Of a DNA stretch of 64,000 nucleotides, positions 1 to 10,325 are shown piece by piece. The stretch is from a virus. Taxonomy: Duplodnaviria; Caudoviricetes. The translations under genes and the position numbers were made by a program. The first letter of the stretch is position 1; each line of letters opens with the position of its first letter. The notes beneath the pieces are model-generated. The model was not told where the DNA came from. It was given only the letters and a program-made list of their open reading frames with translations, and made no database searches. Location of the stretch: the IMG/VR virus record IMGVR_UViG_3300028025_000089, one strand, 5' to 3'.

Positions 1-76
1 AGAACATATATCTTGAAGATTTTTCTTCGTGAGTTTCTCTAATAACTTTTCTAATGATTGAGTTTAAATTTTTCAT
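1..76 (-). CDS. Hypothetical protein, 5' end only (runs off the left edge): MKNLNSIIRKVIRETHEEKSSRYMF...
   Basis: ATG at 76-74, open frame to position 1, 3 nt after the stop of 80..454; not in the ORF track. Confidence 0.7.
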   Translation of the reverse strand, partial: MKNLNSIIRKVIRETHEEKSSRYMF

Positions 77-79
77 ATA

Positions 80-454
80 TTAGTTGTTTAAACCATTTGG
101 TCCTCCTAACTGAACCGCATTTAATTGTGTAACGGCATTTCCATTATTGTTTGTCCAAACAGGGTGTGGAAATTCTAAAGTGACCGTATTACCACTACAA
201 TCTAATGTGCAAAGAGTGTATGCGGTATTTGCAGACAACGGAATAAACTCATTACAGTCATAACAAGAATCAAATAAAGATCCAATATTATATACGGGAC
301 CAGGACCTGTTGATCCACTAACAAATGTTGCACATAGTGTAGTTCCTGTTAAACTTACAGAATAAGTTTCACCTGTCGTTGGTGTTAACCCTGCAGTATC
401 CACCTTAATGTAAACTCCAGGTTGAAAACACACTTCAAATCTTTCTATTGCCAT
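80..454 (-). CDS. Hypothetical protein, probably virion-associated (Thr/Gly/Cys-rich)
   Basis: 124-aa ORF with TATTTAT motif 13 nt upstream. Confidence 0.6.
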   Translation of the reverse strand: MAIERFEVCFQPGVYIKVDTAGLTPTTGETYSVSLTGTTLCATFVSGSTGPGPVYNIGSLFDSCYDCNEFIPLSANTAYTLCTLDCSGNTVTLEFPHPVWTNNNGNAVTQLNAVQLGGPNGLNN

Positions 455-467
455 AATATTTTATTTA

Positions 468-474
468 ATAAATA
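468..474 (-). promoter_or_regulatory. Putative late promoter TATTTAT
   Basis: ATAAATA on + strand, 13 nt upstream of ATG at 454. Confidence 0.6.
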
Positions 475-479
475 TCTCT

Positions 480-1949
480 TTATTCTGATTTAACATTTAC
501 AATAAAGAAATTAATTTGTTGTTTGTAAACATTAATCTGACCTGAAGTGGTCACTTTAATATCCACAAAGTATTCATTTGGTATTTTGTCTCTTGTGTCA
601 AACATGAAATAATACTCATTTGGAGTTCTATTCAAAGTTGTCCAATCTTGAACGACAACCTCAGTTGTTCCCTCTTTTACATACACTCTATACTGACCAT
701 CCACATTCGGAAGTTGTTTATTAGTGGTATATGCTTGTTTAATAATAACCCCAACTTTTCTAATGTCTGTATTTAATATTCTCTCATCTTGTTTTAACCC
801 ATAATAAGAAAATCCGTATTGTGATGGATCGTTTGTGTTTGTTCCAATTTGAATTGATTTTTTAAATGGATATAATACAAATTCATTAACTTGGTTAGGT
901 AAATTGAATCCATTTAATTCAATGTTGGACCAAGTATCTGTAAATGTGCAAGGTGTTTGATAACCAATTAATGGGGGTAATGTAACCTCATAAACCCCTC
1001 TTGTTCTTAAACATGTTGGAAGATTTTGAAGTCCTTGAATTGGGTTTCCTTGTGAGTCAGAAATTGAAACTAAAGGATTTTGATCCAAATTAATAAAATT
1101 ACCATCTTCATAAATGTATAGATATAATTTATTTGATTTTCCCATAGAAAAATTATTTCTATCATCTTCGATCAAATCATTGTATGTTGTTAGAAGGTAT
1201 GGTTCATAGAATGTTTGAGTATGTCTAGTGAAAAACCCAACTGAATATGTTCCTGTGGTCCCTGATAAATTTTCAACTTGAGGTAAATAAGCAATACCCC
1301 AACCTCTTGGGTTTTGAATAGCTCCACTTAAAACATTATTTATTTCTGAAGTCATATCAAACTCAATATCTTCATTACCAAATTCAAAGTGTTGTATATC
1401 AACAATTGTAATAGATGAAAATGGAACTAAACCTTGATTTCTATTATCATATATTCCTGCTTGCTGCCAATCATTAATAGTTGTTCTTTCAAACCAATTT
1501 GATGGTCTAACAGAATATGATCTATTTGGACCTAATGGTTCAGGTATATCATAAAAATCATACCCAACACCTTCGTCCCAAGTTTGAGGAAGTGCTGGAT
1601 CAAAATTAACAGGAGGTATTCTAAAAAGTATTAAATCAAATGAAGTTGCTCTCATACTACCATCAGGCATTGAGGTATTTAATAGTTCATTATTAAATGA
1701 TGAGGTATTTGTCATCTTTAATGTATGAGTCATTTCACTATTTAAACAATTTGTGGAAATTATACCTTGAGCGATTTTTTCTCTTAATGAAGTTAAATCT
1801 ATATCAAAGATAAAACGTGAATAACCAACAGGGTTTGCTAAACCACCGTCCCCATAGTAAAGTTGCATAACAGGATTTCTTCCTGTGTTAACATAACTAT
1901 TATATACTATCGTGTTGTTTCTACTAAAGTAGGAGTTATGAATTGACAT
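480..1949 (-). CDS. Putative virion structural protein, possibly DNRLRE-like beta-sandwich
   Basis: 489 aa; SRFIFDIDL and WDEGVG motifs resemble DNRLRE-type domains; late motif upstream. Confidence 0.45.
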   Translation of the reverse strand: MSIHNSYFSRNNTIVYNSYVNTGRNPVMQLYYGDGGLANPVGYSRFIFDIDLTSLREKIAQGIISTNCLNSEMTHTLKMTNTSSFNNELLNTSMPDGSMRATSFDLILFRIPPVNFDPALPQTWDEGVGYDFYDIPEPLGPNRSYSVRPSNWFERTTINDWQQAGIYDNRNQGLVPFSSITIVDIQHFEFGNEDIEFDMTSEINNVLSGAIQNPRGWGIAYLPQVENLSGTTGTYSVGFFTRHTQTFYEPYLLTTYNDLIEDDRNNFSMGKSNKLYLYIYEDGNFINLDQNPLVSISDSQGNPIQGLQNLPTCLRTRGVYEVTLPPLIGYQTPCTFTDTWSNIELNGFNLPNQVNEFVLYPFKKSIQIGTNTNDPSQYGFSYYGLKQDERILNTDIRKVGVIIKQAYTTNKQLPNVDGQYRVYVKEGTTEVVVQDWTTLNRTPNEYYFMFDTRDKIPNEYFVDIKVTTSGQINVYKQQINFFIVNVKSE

Positions 1950-1961
1950 TTAGTTTTTCTT

Positions 1962-1969
1962 TATAAATA
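1962..1969 (-). promoter_or_regulatory. Putative late promoter TATTTATA
   Basis: TATAAATA on + strand, about 12 nt upstream of ATG at 1949. Confidence 0.6.
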
Positions 1970-3547
1970 TCAATTAATTCGAATATTTTGATTTAATATT
2001 GAATTATCTGCGTCTTGTAAAATTTTGTTAATTTCATCTAACTTGGTTCCATCAGTTCCTATTGGAATTGGGGCTTCGTTTATATTGTGAACATGTGATC
2101 CTAAAAATTTAACAATTAACGTAAGAAGTTTCATTAATTCATTTCCTCTTACCATTGGATCTGTATTTGGTAAAATTTGTTCTGTAAAATATTCTTGTGG
2201 AATACCGTATAGAGTTTCTTTTGGTTGTAGGTTGATTTTACTTTTGGATGGTATATCTGTTTTATGAGATAAAAAATAAATAAAATCTGACGCCAATGTT
2301 CCGTAAGAAACAGGATTTGGTGTGTAAACGTTTTGTCTTAAAGTTTCGGTTTGTAATGTTAATTGTGGACCAACAACGTTTTTTGACCAAACTAATGCAC
2401 TACCAAATTCTCTATCTGATGGTAATAGTTTTATTTTTCTAAAAAAATTATTAATCATATTAAAATCTGTAGTTCCCGTCGACGATAATCTATCAACACT
2501 ATCTTTTGATGGTCTAAAATAAAAAGGAAATTGTTTTTCTAATCTTGTATTGTTTTCTAATGGAAATTGTGTATACCCATCAACATTAATTTTCCCTTGA
2601 TTAACACCATTTATAAATTGATTAATAATCTTAACCCCTTCATCCAAAGTTTTTCCTGTAAATTCCAAAGTATATTCAGGACCACTTTTATATTGATCTA
2701 ATGGTGTTGTCATATCAATTTCGGTAGTTTTGGTTTGGTCTTTTGGAAGTAACGAATATAATTTAATATTACCATTATATGTCGTTGTCCCTGTAACTCC
2801 ACCACCGCTGGTAAAACCCGTCAACGTAAATTCATCCGTAATGTCCCACTCAATTAATTTTTTAACTAACTGAGGAAGGTTAGAAAAAAATCTTTTTTTA
2901 ATTGGGTCTGTTTCTTTTTTTTCTTGATCGTAAATTGATATTTGTAAAAAACTTCTATTTTGTCTTGGTGTTGGTAAATTAAATTCTGCGGTTTGTGTTG
3001 TGATGTTTTTTCCTGCTCTAATTAAAACTTCATTTTGTTTAACAATAACATCAGAAGTCCCTCGACCTAAAATTGCATTATCACCTGGCTCAGGATATAT
3101 ACCTTTTGAGTTTCCTTTATTTTCAAAAGTTAAAGGATCTTTTATATTGTTGGCTTGTTTTAAAAACTCACCACTTGCCAACATTGATTCTGAGTTATGC
3201 CAATTTTCAAAAAAGTTGTTTTGAGGTCTTGTAATTGGCCCTTGAATATAAAATTTTGAGTTGTCAATTGTTTGATTTGTGTTATAGAAAAATATATGAA
3301 TATATTCATCAACTTTTGGAACTTGACTTATATAGTAAGGTAATAGTGGTAAATAAATTAATGGGTCTCTTAAAGTCCATATATCTTTTTCAGGGTCCCA
3401 ATCTTCAGGTAAAACGTCTGATTCAACCTCATCAACAGGAAGTGCACGAATTCTACCAAGCATCAAAGGATCTTGATTGTTAATTACAAAACCTTGAAAA
3501 ATTATTTTGTCGTGTAATGCTTCAGTTATTTTACCTTTTAAACTCAT
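1970..3547 (-). CDS. Baseplate central spike/hub protein (T4 gp5/P2 gpV-like)
   Basis: N-terminal GFVINNQDPLMLGRIRA fits the gp5 OB-fold G-x-V...DP-x-x-LGR motif; C-terminal SHVH fits the metal-binding HxH spike tip. Confidence 0.75.
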   Translation of the reverse strand: MSLKGKITEALHDKIIFQGFVINNQDPLMLGRIRALPVDEVESDVLPEDWDPEKDIWTLRDPLIYLPLLPYYISQVPKVDEYIHIFFYNTNQTIDNSKFYIQGPITRPQNNFFENWHNSESMLASGEFLKQANNIKDPLTFENKGNSKGIYPEPGDNAILGRGTSDVIVKQNEVLIRAGKNITTQTAEFNLPTPRQNRSFLQISIYDQEKKETDPIKKRFFSNLPQLVKKLIEWDITDEFTLTGFTSGGGVTGTTTYNGNIKLYSLLPKDQTKTTEIDMTTPLDQYKSGPEYTLEFTGKTLDEGVKIINQFINGVNQGKINVDGYTQFPLENNTRLEKQFPFYFRPSKDSVDRLSSTGTTDFNMINNFFRKIKLLPSDREFGSALVWSKNVVGPQLTLQTETLRQNVYTPNPVSYGTLASDFIYFLSHKTDIPSKSKINLQPKETLYGIPQEYFTEQILPNTDPMVRGNELMKLLTLIVKFLGSHVHNINEAPIPIGTDGTKLDEINKILQDADNSILNQNIRIN

Positions 3548-3786
3548 TTTGATTTTGTTCGTTCAGAATATTCTTTATATAACAAATTATAAGTGTTTTC
3601 TAATTTATCTAAATGGTGTGTTAATTTAACTAAAGATTCTTTTGTTAAATTAAAATCTTCTTGGATAAAATCCATTGCTAGTTGTAAATCTTTGTTAGAT
3701 CTATCTTTATGTTCTCTAATTATGTCAAGAATTTCTTGAGACTTAATTTTTTTTTCGTTGATATTAAATGAATTTTCCATATGCAT
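3544..3786 (-). CDS. Hypothetical coiled-coil protein
   Basis: 80 aa, in operon; start may be 3780. Confidence 0.6.
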   Translation of the reverse strand: MHMENSFNINEKKIKSQEILDIIREHKDRSNKDLQLAMDFIQEDFNLTKESLVKLTHHLDKLENTYNLLYKEYSERTKSK

Positions 3787-5689
3787 CTGTTGGTATTGTT
3801 ATTCCTGCTGGAGTTATGGTTATTGGACCAATTCCAATCGCAACTTTTCCATTTTCATCCATTTCTTTGGCGTTACCATCAATCATCGCTTTTATTGATG
3901 CCAAAAATTTATTTGGACTACCGTCTGGCATTGGTCCTGTTGGGATACCTAATTCTTCTAAATTTTGAATTGTGTTTAAAAAAGATCTGGTTGGTGAATA
4001 TCCATCTAAAAGTCTTGCGGATAATAAAAGTGGAAGTGGTAATTCACCGCCCGCCGCTGATAATGCATCCAATCGTTTTCTAACGCCAATATTTAATAGT
4101 TGTAATAATTCATCCAACACACTTTTACATTCTCTAAAATCTTTAACAATTTGTGTCAAAGCCGGAATTATAGCAACTATCGATAAAATTATTCTGTATT
4201 TCTTTTTTGTTTTTTCATCTGCAATATCCTTTAGAAGTAATGCGACTAAAACTTTAATTTCTTTTTTTAATTCATTAAATACTGCTTTAGTGAACATCGC
4301 CGCAATTTTAGTTAAAAGTTCGTTGAAAAAGTTTTTAAATCTTTTTAAAAAATCTTCTAAATTAGATATTTGATCAAATATTGGTTGATTTACCATACCA
4401 GCAACAATCATTATAGGTAATACTGTTTTAGGTGATAAAACCGTATTTATAATTGCCTTAATAAATTGTTGGAAAAACCCTGCATCAACAGATAACTTAA
4501 AAGTTGGGTCTTCATCAATGACAGGATATATAATACCTAAAGCGTCATTTATTTCATTAACATCAGAAGTATCTTCATTAAATTGTAAATTGTCTAAAGC
4601 GGTTAAAACAGCATCTAAATTCATTGGGACTTTTACATTATCACAATCTTCAAATTCTAAAACACCTAATTTTATGTCTGAAGTAATTTGATCAATTATT
4701 CTTAAATCAACATCGTTAAATTCATAAAACGATTCATCAACATTATCAACTTCAGAAACTTTTGATGTCCCTCCGACATTTATTTCTTTATTAGAATCCG
4801 AACATAGACCTAATATTCTTTGCATTATTATTAAAGATTTTTGAATTGATGATAATTTTAATTTACCATCTCCTCTACCAAATGAAATTGATCCGGTGAC
4901 ATAATCAACCAAGTTGGTAAAAAATGTCTTATAATTTAATATATCAATAGTTCCATAATAATCATTTAAAAATTCATCAACTAATGCAATATTTTGTCTT
5001 GGTTTTAAATCTACTTTAAAAAAATTACCCTGTATTGTTTGAGCATTTTGGTCAACATAACTTTCAACATAAGTTATATCAAAAAGATTTTGTTGGGACA
5101 CCCCAATATAATCGTTCCCCGCCACCGACAAATAACTTTGATTTAAATTTTGTGTTCGATCATAAAGTTCTCTATTCATTGAGAAAGGAAAGGTTCCGTA
5201 TAATACGGGTTCTTGTTCAAAAAATAACTTCCCAATTTTATCTGTAGGTGACGATTCAAAAATCCCAAAAAGATCCACAGATTTTACAGGAATATAATAA
5301 GTTGTATTAAATTGATAATCTTGTAAATTACTACACGCAAGAGATTTTTGAACCTCTTCTATTATAAGATTTTTTATTTCAGGTTTAGTTTTTTTTAAAG
5401 AATTAACAAAAATTCTTTTTATTAACGTATCAGTTTCTAAACCAGAACCCTTCAATTCTTTGAGTTGTGTAATTAACTCATCTAAAAAAGTTTTAGGATT
5501 TGTGGTGTGTTTTTTTCTGTATTTAACAAAATCACTTAATTGATTTGATAAAAATTTGTTTGCAGTTTCTTGCGAATCACCGGCCTTTTTCTTAAGTTCA
5601 TCATAGTCCTGCTTATATTGTTTATATTTTTTATAAACATTTGTTTTATTAGCCGCTTTTTTTAAATCTTCATTAATATCAACTGCCAT
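3764..5689 (-). CDS. Hypothetical helical protein, likely virion/baseplate
   Basis: 641-aa ORF in the late operon upstream of the spike gene; no recognisable catalytic motif. Confidence 0.6.
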   Translation of the reverse strand: MAVDINEDLKKAANKTNVYKKYKQYKQDYDELKKKAGDSQETANKFLSNQLSDFVKYRKKHTTNPKTFLDELITQLKELKGSGLETDTLIKRIFVNSLKKTKPEIKNLIIEEVQKSLACSNLQDYQFNTTYYIPVKSVDLFGIFESSPTDKIGKLFFEQEPVLYGTFPFSMNRELYDRTQNLNQSYLSVAGNDYIGVSQQNLFDITYVESYVDQNAQTIQGNFFKVDLKPRQNIALVDEFLNDYYGTIDILNYKTFFTNLVDYVTGSISFGRGDGKLKLSSIQKSLIIMQRILGLCSDSNKEINVGGTSKVSEVDNVDESFYEFNDVDLRIIDQITSDIKLGVLEFEDCDNVKVPMNLDAVLTALDNLQFNEDTSDVNEINDALGIIYPVIDEDPTFKLSVDAGFFQQFIKAIINTVLSPKTVLPIMIVAGMVNQPIFDQISNLEDFLKRFKNFFNELLTKIAAMFTKAVFNELKKEIKVLVALLLKDIADEKTKKKYRIILSIVAIIPALTQIVKDFRECKSVLDELLQLLNIGVRKRLDALSAAGGELPLPLLLSARLLDGYSPTRSFLNTIQNLEELGIPTGPMPDGSPNKFLASIKAMIDGNAKEMDENGKVAIGIGPITITPAGITIPTDAYGKFI

Positions 5690-5695
5690 AATAAA

Positions 5696-6067
5696 TTATT
5701 TTTTCATTTTATATGAACCATCACTACTAATGTCTTTTTTTAATAAATTTTGAAATGTTTCGTCATCTAAATCTAAGTCTGAAAGAGTGAAATCTTCTTC
5801 TTTTTCTGTATTTTTTTGCCACATAGTAGATTGTAGTTTAGATAATGTTAATTTTTTCTCAACACAATCGTTAATAATTTTTTGTTGTTTTTCAATAACA
5901 GGACCAATAAGAGTCATATCTTCAGGTTCTTTCATCATTGTCAACATTTTATTTTGGATTCTAATTGCTGTATTTCTTTGTTCAACAAGTTCGTTATAGA
6001 TTTCTTGCATCAAAGACAACATGGATTCTTTGGATAAGTTAATTTCTTTTTTTGGTGGTCTTGGCAT
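5696..6067 (-). CDS. Hypothetical protein
   Basis: 123 aa, helical, first gene after TATTTATA at 6072-6079. Confidence 0.65.
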   Translation of the reverse strand: MPRPPKKEINLSKESMLSLMQEIYNELVEQRNTAIRIQNKMLTMMKEPEDMTLIGPVIEKQQKIINDCVEKKLTLSKLQSTMWQKNTEKEEDFTLSDLDLDDETFQNLLKKDISSDGSYKMKK

Positions 6068-6071
6068 AATA

Positions 6072-6079
6072 TATAAATA
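6072..6079 (-). promoter_or_regulatory. Putative late promoter TATTTATA
   Basis: Lies between the sigma stop codon and the ATG at 6067 (4 nt away). Confidence 0.55.
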
Positions 6080-6823
6080 TTAGTTTTTAAGTAATTCTTG
6101 AACTAACTCAAAATACAACTTTTTATATTTTTTAATTGAATTTCTAATTTCTTTAGTGGATAGATTAGTCATCTCCCTAAGTTCAAATAAAATAATATTT
6201 TTGTTAAATTTGTTATTATTTGTGTCAGGAAATATAGTTCCATAATTCTCAAACAAATCACAAATTGCAGATCCTAATTTATGTTCTTGTTCATTACATT
6301 CACTATCATCAAGATCTTGTTTTAGTTTTTCTAAAAACTTTTTGATTACATATTCAGAACTCAAATCGTCATTATCAATTACGTATGACATTTCAGTTCT
6401 ATTAGTAAGATCTGAAGAAATATCTTCATAAGAAATCTTTCGGTTCATTTCCTTTTGGTCTTTCATAATCTGACCCATAAGGTAATTTTTACAAATAGTC
6501 CCTAAGTATGAATACGCTTTCTTTTCTTTTGAAGGTTTAAATTTTTCAATCTTCGTCATCAAAAACGAATGAGTGTCGATATGTATTTCTTCATAATCCA
6601 TATCTTTTCTATATAATTTATATCTTCTAATGATAGAAGATATCATCTTATCTAAAGGATCTTTTAAAAACTCATTATATATTTTGTTACGTTCTTCAAA
6701 AGTTTCGGCCGTAAGAAAGTTTCTCACGGCCTCTTCTTCTCTTACATCAAAATAATTGTTAGTTGTTGGTTTACGTCCTTTCTTTTTCTTTTCTACCGAT
6801 ATTTCTTCACCACTCCCTAACAT
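6080..6823 (-). CDS. Phage RNA polymerase sigma factor (T4 gp55-like late sigma)
   Basis: Sigma region-2-like segment KFKPSKEKKAYSYLGTICKNYL, preceded by NYFDVREEEAV; about 250 aa. Confidence 0.7.
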   Translation of the reverse strand: MLGSGEEISVEKKKKGRKPTTNNYFDVREEEAVRNFLTAETFEERNKIYNEFLKDPLDKMISSIIRRYKLYRKDMDYEEIHIDTHSFLMTKIEKFKPSKEKKAYSYLGTICKNYLMGQIMKDQKEMNRKISYEDISSDLTNRTEMSYVIDNDDLSSEYVIKKFLEKLKQDLDDSECNEQEHKLGSAICDLFENYGTIFPDTNNNKFNKNIILFELREMTNLSTKEIRNSIKKYKKLYFELVQELLKN

Positions 6824-7629
6824 TAAATTTCTTGGGGTTCGTAATTTATATCCCTCTCATTTGTGAAGAAATATTCTTTTTTTGCAGTGTCGATCCAAAA
6901 TTTTGCTTCATCTTGCGTGATTCTATTGTCACCATTTTTGTAATTCCAAAAAATAGATCCTTCTCTTAAATTCATATGTTTGTATCCAATTCTTGGAATT
7001 GTCATAATTTTTGCTGAATTATGGGTCAAACGTAAGAATAATTCATAACCAAAAGTAAGTCTCAAATTAGATTTAAATCCACCCACTTCTAAAAATTTTT
7101 CTTTTCTGAAAACCATACCTGATGTTTGGAAATTTTGGAAGGTTTGTAAAGTTTCATTTGTTAGAATACCCATTTCAGTTGAAATGTTTTGTGCAAATGT
7201 TGCTTCATTTGTAAATCCTGCAAATACCATTTTACTATCAATGTCAACAACAATCGGAAGGAATGCGTCAACATTTTTGTAAATATCCATATAGTTAATG
7301 GCATTTTTAAACCAAATATTTGAATATTCATCGTCAAATTCTAAAATTGAACACCAATTAGAATTTGCAATTGACACTCCGTGATTAACTTGTTTTCCAA
7401 AATTTGGTTCTTCAGACCAACTTTCTAAAACTACATTTAAATCACCAAAATCGTATGAAGTTAAATGTGATGTTAAATAATCTTCTGAACCATGAACAAT
7501 GATTAATTCATTAACATAGTCTTTTTGATTTTTAACTGATTGAATAGCCTTGTCAAAAAAATCAACAAAACTGATCGCTTTTCCTGATTTGATTGGTAAT
7601 ATAACCGATACTTTATTTTCTGTGTTCAT
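6823..7629 (-). CDS. Glycosyltransferase family 2 (GT-A)
   Basis: VSVILPI, ELIIVH, NHGVS, ILEFDD (DxD), GGFKSNLRLTFGYELFLRL. Confidence 0.8.
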   Translation of the reverse strand: MNTENKVSVILPIKSGKAISFVDFFDKAIQSVKNQKDYVNELIIVHGSEDYLTSHLTSYDFGDLNVVLESWSEEPNFGKQVNHGVSIANSNWCSILEFDDEYSNIWFKNAINYMDIYKNVDAFLPIVVDIDSKMVFAGFTNEATFAQNISTEMGILTNETLQTFQNFQTSGMVFRKEKFLEVGGFKSNLRLTFGYELFLRLTHNSAKIMTIPRIGYKHMNLREGSIFWNYKNGDNRITQDEAKFWIDTAKKEYFFTNERDINYEPQEI

Positions 7630-7631
7630 AA

Positions 7632-8690
7632 TTAAATAGTTTCAAATTTTGATAGTTGATCTTCAAATGAAGTGATTCTTTTTTCAAAAATGTCACCAAA
7701 TAAACTTAAAGTTTCATTTTCAAATTTTTCTTTATTACTAATTGTTTCGAGTGTTAGATTCATTCTATCAAACAATTCAGGATTTAAATTGTCTTCTAAC
7801 CAATTTTGAATGAAATCAGATAAAACATCTACAATAATTGTTTTGTTGTTCACCCAAAGTCCATTATCTTCATTCATCCAAGAAGGAACAACATCAGGAA
7901 CTAAACCTAATACAGGGATTCCCATTTTCATTGATTCTAATGGGAAAGTCCCAAATGAACTTGTTTGGTCAATCCAAATTGAAATAAAACTATCTTTCAT
8001 TGCTTCGGCAAACTCGTTTTCACTTAAACCTCTAAGGTCTCTAAACGTAATCCATCTATATTGTGGAAACTTTACGTAAAAACTTTTGATAAGATTTGAG
8101 GTGTCTCTTTGATCTCTTGTATGGATATTAATAATTGTTTTTGGTGGGTATTCATTCTTTTGAAAAACATCAGAAATATAAGGAGCCACAACATCTACTG
8201 TAACATTTCTCATTACAGATTGGATTAGTTCTTTTTGTTTTTCTGAAGTTGTAATACATTTGTAAAACCCTAATTGTGTCCAAGATTGGCCAGGTTGTAA
8301 AGTTTCAAATATATGATCAAAGGCTTGACTTAAAACAATTTTACCACATGGTAATTTAGTGATTTGATCCATAACAAATCCGTAAATTTCAGGGATAATA
8401 ATTAAATCATCAGGTGAAATTTCTAAACTTGTTCCTTCGATTGCGCGATGTTCTAACTCAGTCATATATTCTTCACTCAACCATGACGATACTCCAAAGT
8501 ATTCAGGTTTTTCATGTAAAATAATTGCGTTATATCCATTTCTTTTTAATGTTAATGCCATTTGGTAAATGTATCTAACAGATGCCTTGGCGTTTCCTTT
8601 TGTGTCTTGAACCATAAAATAAATTCTTGAAAGTTTTTCTTTCATTCTATTTATGGACAGTTCTAATTTTTCGTGATTGTCGTTGTTCAT
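7632..8690 (-). CDS. GT-B fold glycosyltransferase (GT4-like)
   Basis: DLIIIPE in N-domain; SSFGTFPLESMKMGIPVLG in C-domain. Confidence 0.65.
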   Translation of the reverse strand: MNNDNHEKLELSINRMKEKLSRIYFMVQDTKGNAKASVRYIYQMALTLKRNGYNAIILHEKPEYFGVSSWLSEEYMTELEHRAIEGTSLEISPDDLIIIPEIYGFVMDQITKLPCGKIVLSQAFDHIFETLQPGQSWTQLGFYKCITTSEKQKELIQSVMRNVTVDVVAPYISDVFQKNEYPPKTIINIHTRDQRDTSNLIKSFYVKFPQYRWITFRDLRGLSENEFAEAMKDSFISIWIDQTSSFGTFPLESMKMGIPVLGLVPDVVPSWMNEDNGLWVNNKTIIVDVLSDFIQNWLEDNLNPELFDRMNLTLETISNKEKFENETLSLFGDIFEKRITSFEDQLSKFETI

Positions 8691-8696
8691 ATCCTA

Positions 8697-8954
8697 TTAT
8701 ATTTTGTTTATTATGTTTTTTACTCTTAAACTATTAAAAGAAATTTTAAATGGTATTGTTAGTTCACTATTATTAGGACCTAACTTTTCATCAACAGGTT
8801 CAATTTCCGTTAAAATGGTGTCAACCATCATTTTAACCATTTCATACTTAACTAAATGGATTTGAGACTCTCCCGAAGAACTTGTCATTTCCACTTCTTT
8901 TTCAACTTTATCCAAATCGATGTAGTAGTTTTCACCAAAAAGACTAAACAGCAT
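8697..8954 (-). CDS. Hypothetical protein
   Basis: 85 aa, tightly packed in operon. Confidence 0.6.
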   Translation of the reverse strand: MLFSLFGENYYIDLDKVEKEVEMTSSSGESQIHLVKYEMVKMMVDTILTEIEPVDEKLGPNNSELTIPFKISFNSLRVKNIINKI

Positions 8955-9609
8955 TATGTTTTAAATTTTTAATTATTTCTTGAAACTCAGAAAGTGAAGA
9001 TATTTCGAGTTCTGAAGAAATGTGTTTATTGTATGTGGTATTATATTTTACAACAATTTTATCCACAGGTTTATTTAATAATAAGTCAGGGTTCGCTGTA
9101 AGTAAAATGTCTATTTGATCCCACATGTTATTTTTGGTAATTTCACTAAAAAAAACAACCTTTTCTAAAAGACAACCAAATTTTGATAAAAAGAAAAGTG
9201 ATGAAGGCTTGGATTTCCCAATTTCATTGGAAACAATGATAAGTTCGTTTTTTTCTCTTAATTCAAAATATAGATCGTTTAAAATGTTAAAAGTTGTCAT
9301 TTCTGTTGATGGTGCATGACCAAATAATTCCATGGCATATTCTTCATACATAAAACTAAAAAGTTCTTCATTAGTTTTAAATGAAAAATGTTTTATTAGA
9401 TCAAGACTGGATACATCAGATATTTTTTTATATTCAAACGTTTCTTCAATAGATTCTATCATTTCGGTATTTCCTGACATATCAAGTTCATATGTCTGAC
9501 CTAAAAAATCGTCTTCACTTTTTTCAATTAAATGTTTTTCATAAAGTTGTTCAAATTTTCCAATAGTGTCTCTTAACACACCATTAATATCAAGCCCTAT
9601 TCTCATCAT
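8944..9609 (-). CDS. HAD-superfamily 5'(3')-nucleotidase-like protein with atypical motif I (DING)
   Basis: MRIGLDINGVLRD; start corrected from 9669 to 9609/9606 to avoid a deep overlap with phoH. Confidence 0.6.
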   Translation of the reverse strand: MMRIGLDINGVLRDTIGKFEQLYEKHLIEKSEDDFLGQTYELDMSGNTEMIESIEETFEYKKISDVSSLDLIKHFSFKTNEELFSFMYEEYAMELFGHAPSTEMTTFNILNDLYFELREKNELIIVSNEIGKSKPSSLFFLSKFGCLLEKVVFFSEITKNNMWDQIDILLTANPDLLLNKPVDKIVVKYNTTYNKHISSELEISSLSEFQEIIKNLKHNAV

Positions 9610-10324
9610 ATTTTTGTAAAATTTTAGAAATAAGTGGATTTCTAACCACGTCTTTATCATTGAACTCAAAAGTCCCTATGTCATTTATAAAGTTAAACCT
9701 TGTTATTGCATCGTAAAGACCTGATTGTTTTTTATCCTTATACCTATCGGTTTGTTCTAAATCTCCTGATATGAAAAATTTTGAGTTAGATCCGATTCTT
9801 GTTAAAAGAAGTTTCATTTGATTTGGAGTGGAATTCTGAGCTTCCTCAAAAATTAATATCGAATTGTCGATGTTCATTCCTCTCATATAAGCCAAAGCAA
9901 AAACTTCAATAATTTCGGCGTCTTTTAATTTTTCTTTTGCGTCTTTACCAATCAATTTGTTCAGTAAGTAATAAGATGGGAAAATATACGGATCTAATTT
10001 TTCTTCTAAATTTCCTGGTAATGATCCTAATTTTTCTTCTGCCTCAACTGCCGGTCTAACAATGATAATTTTTTCATAACCATTTCCAGGTTCCATTAAA
10101 AGATCTACAGCCGCTTTCATTGCTATATAACTTTTACCAACACCAGCGGGTCCTGAACATATTGTAATTTGGTTTGATACTAAAATGTTGTAATATTCTT
10201 TTTGATTTTCGGTTAAAAACTTACTTCTTTGTTTTTTCTTTATTACTGTGTTTATGAAATCTTTTTTTGATTGTGGGTTGTTGAAGGATTCTTCGTTTTG
10301 GATTGGTGTTTTTTTTCTTACCAT
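9590..10324 (-). CDS. phoH: PhoH-like ATPase
   Basis: GPAGVGKS Walker A, RPAVEAEEKLGSLPG, AYMRG, EEAQN, ISGDLEQTD, DVVRNPLI. Confidence 0.95.
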   Translation of the reverse strand: MVRKKTPIQNEESFNNPQSKKDFINTVIKKKQRSKFLTENQKEYYNILVSNQITICSGPAGVGKSYIAMKAAVDLLMEPGNGYEKIIIVRPAVEAEEKLGSLPGNLEEKLDPYIFPSYYLLNKLIGKDAKEKLKDAEIIEVFALAYMRGMNIDNSILIFEEAQNSTPNQMKLLLTRIGSNSKFFISGDLEQTDRYKDKKQSGLYDAITRFNFINDIGTFEFNDKDVVRNPLISKILQKYDENRA

Positions 10325-10325
10325 T

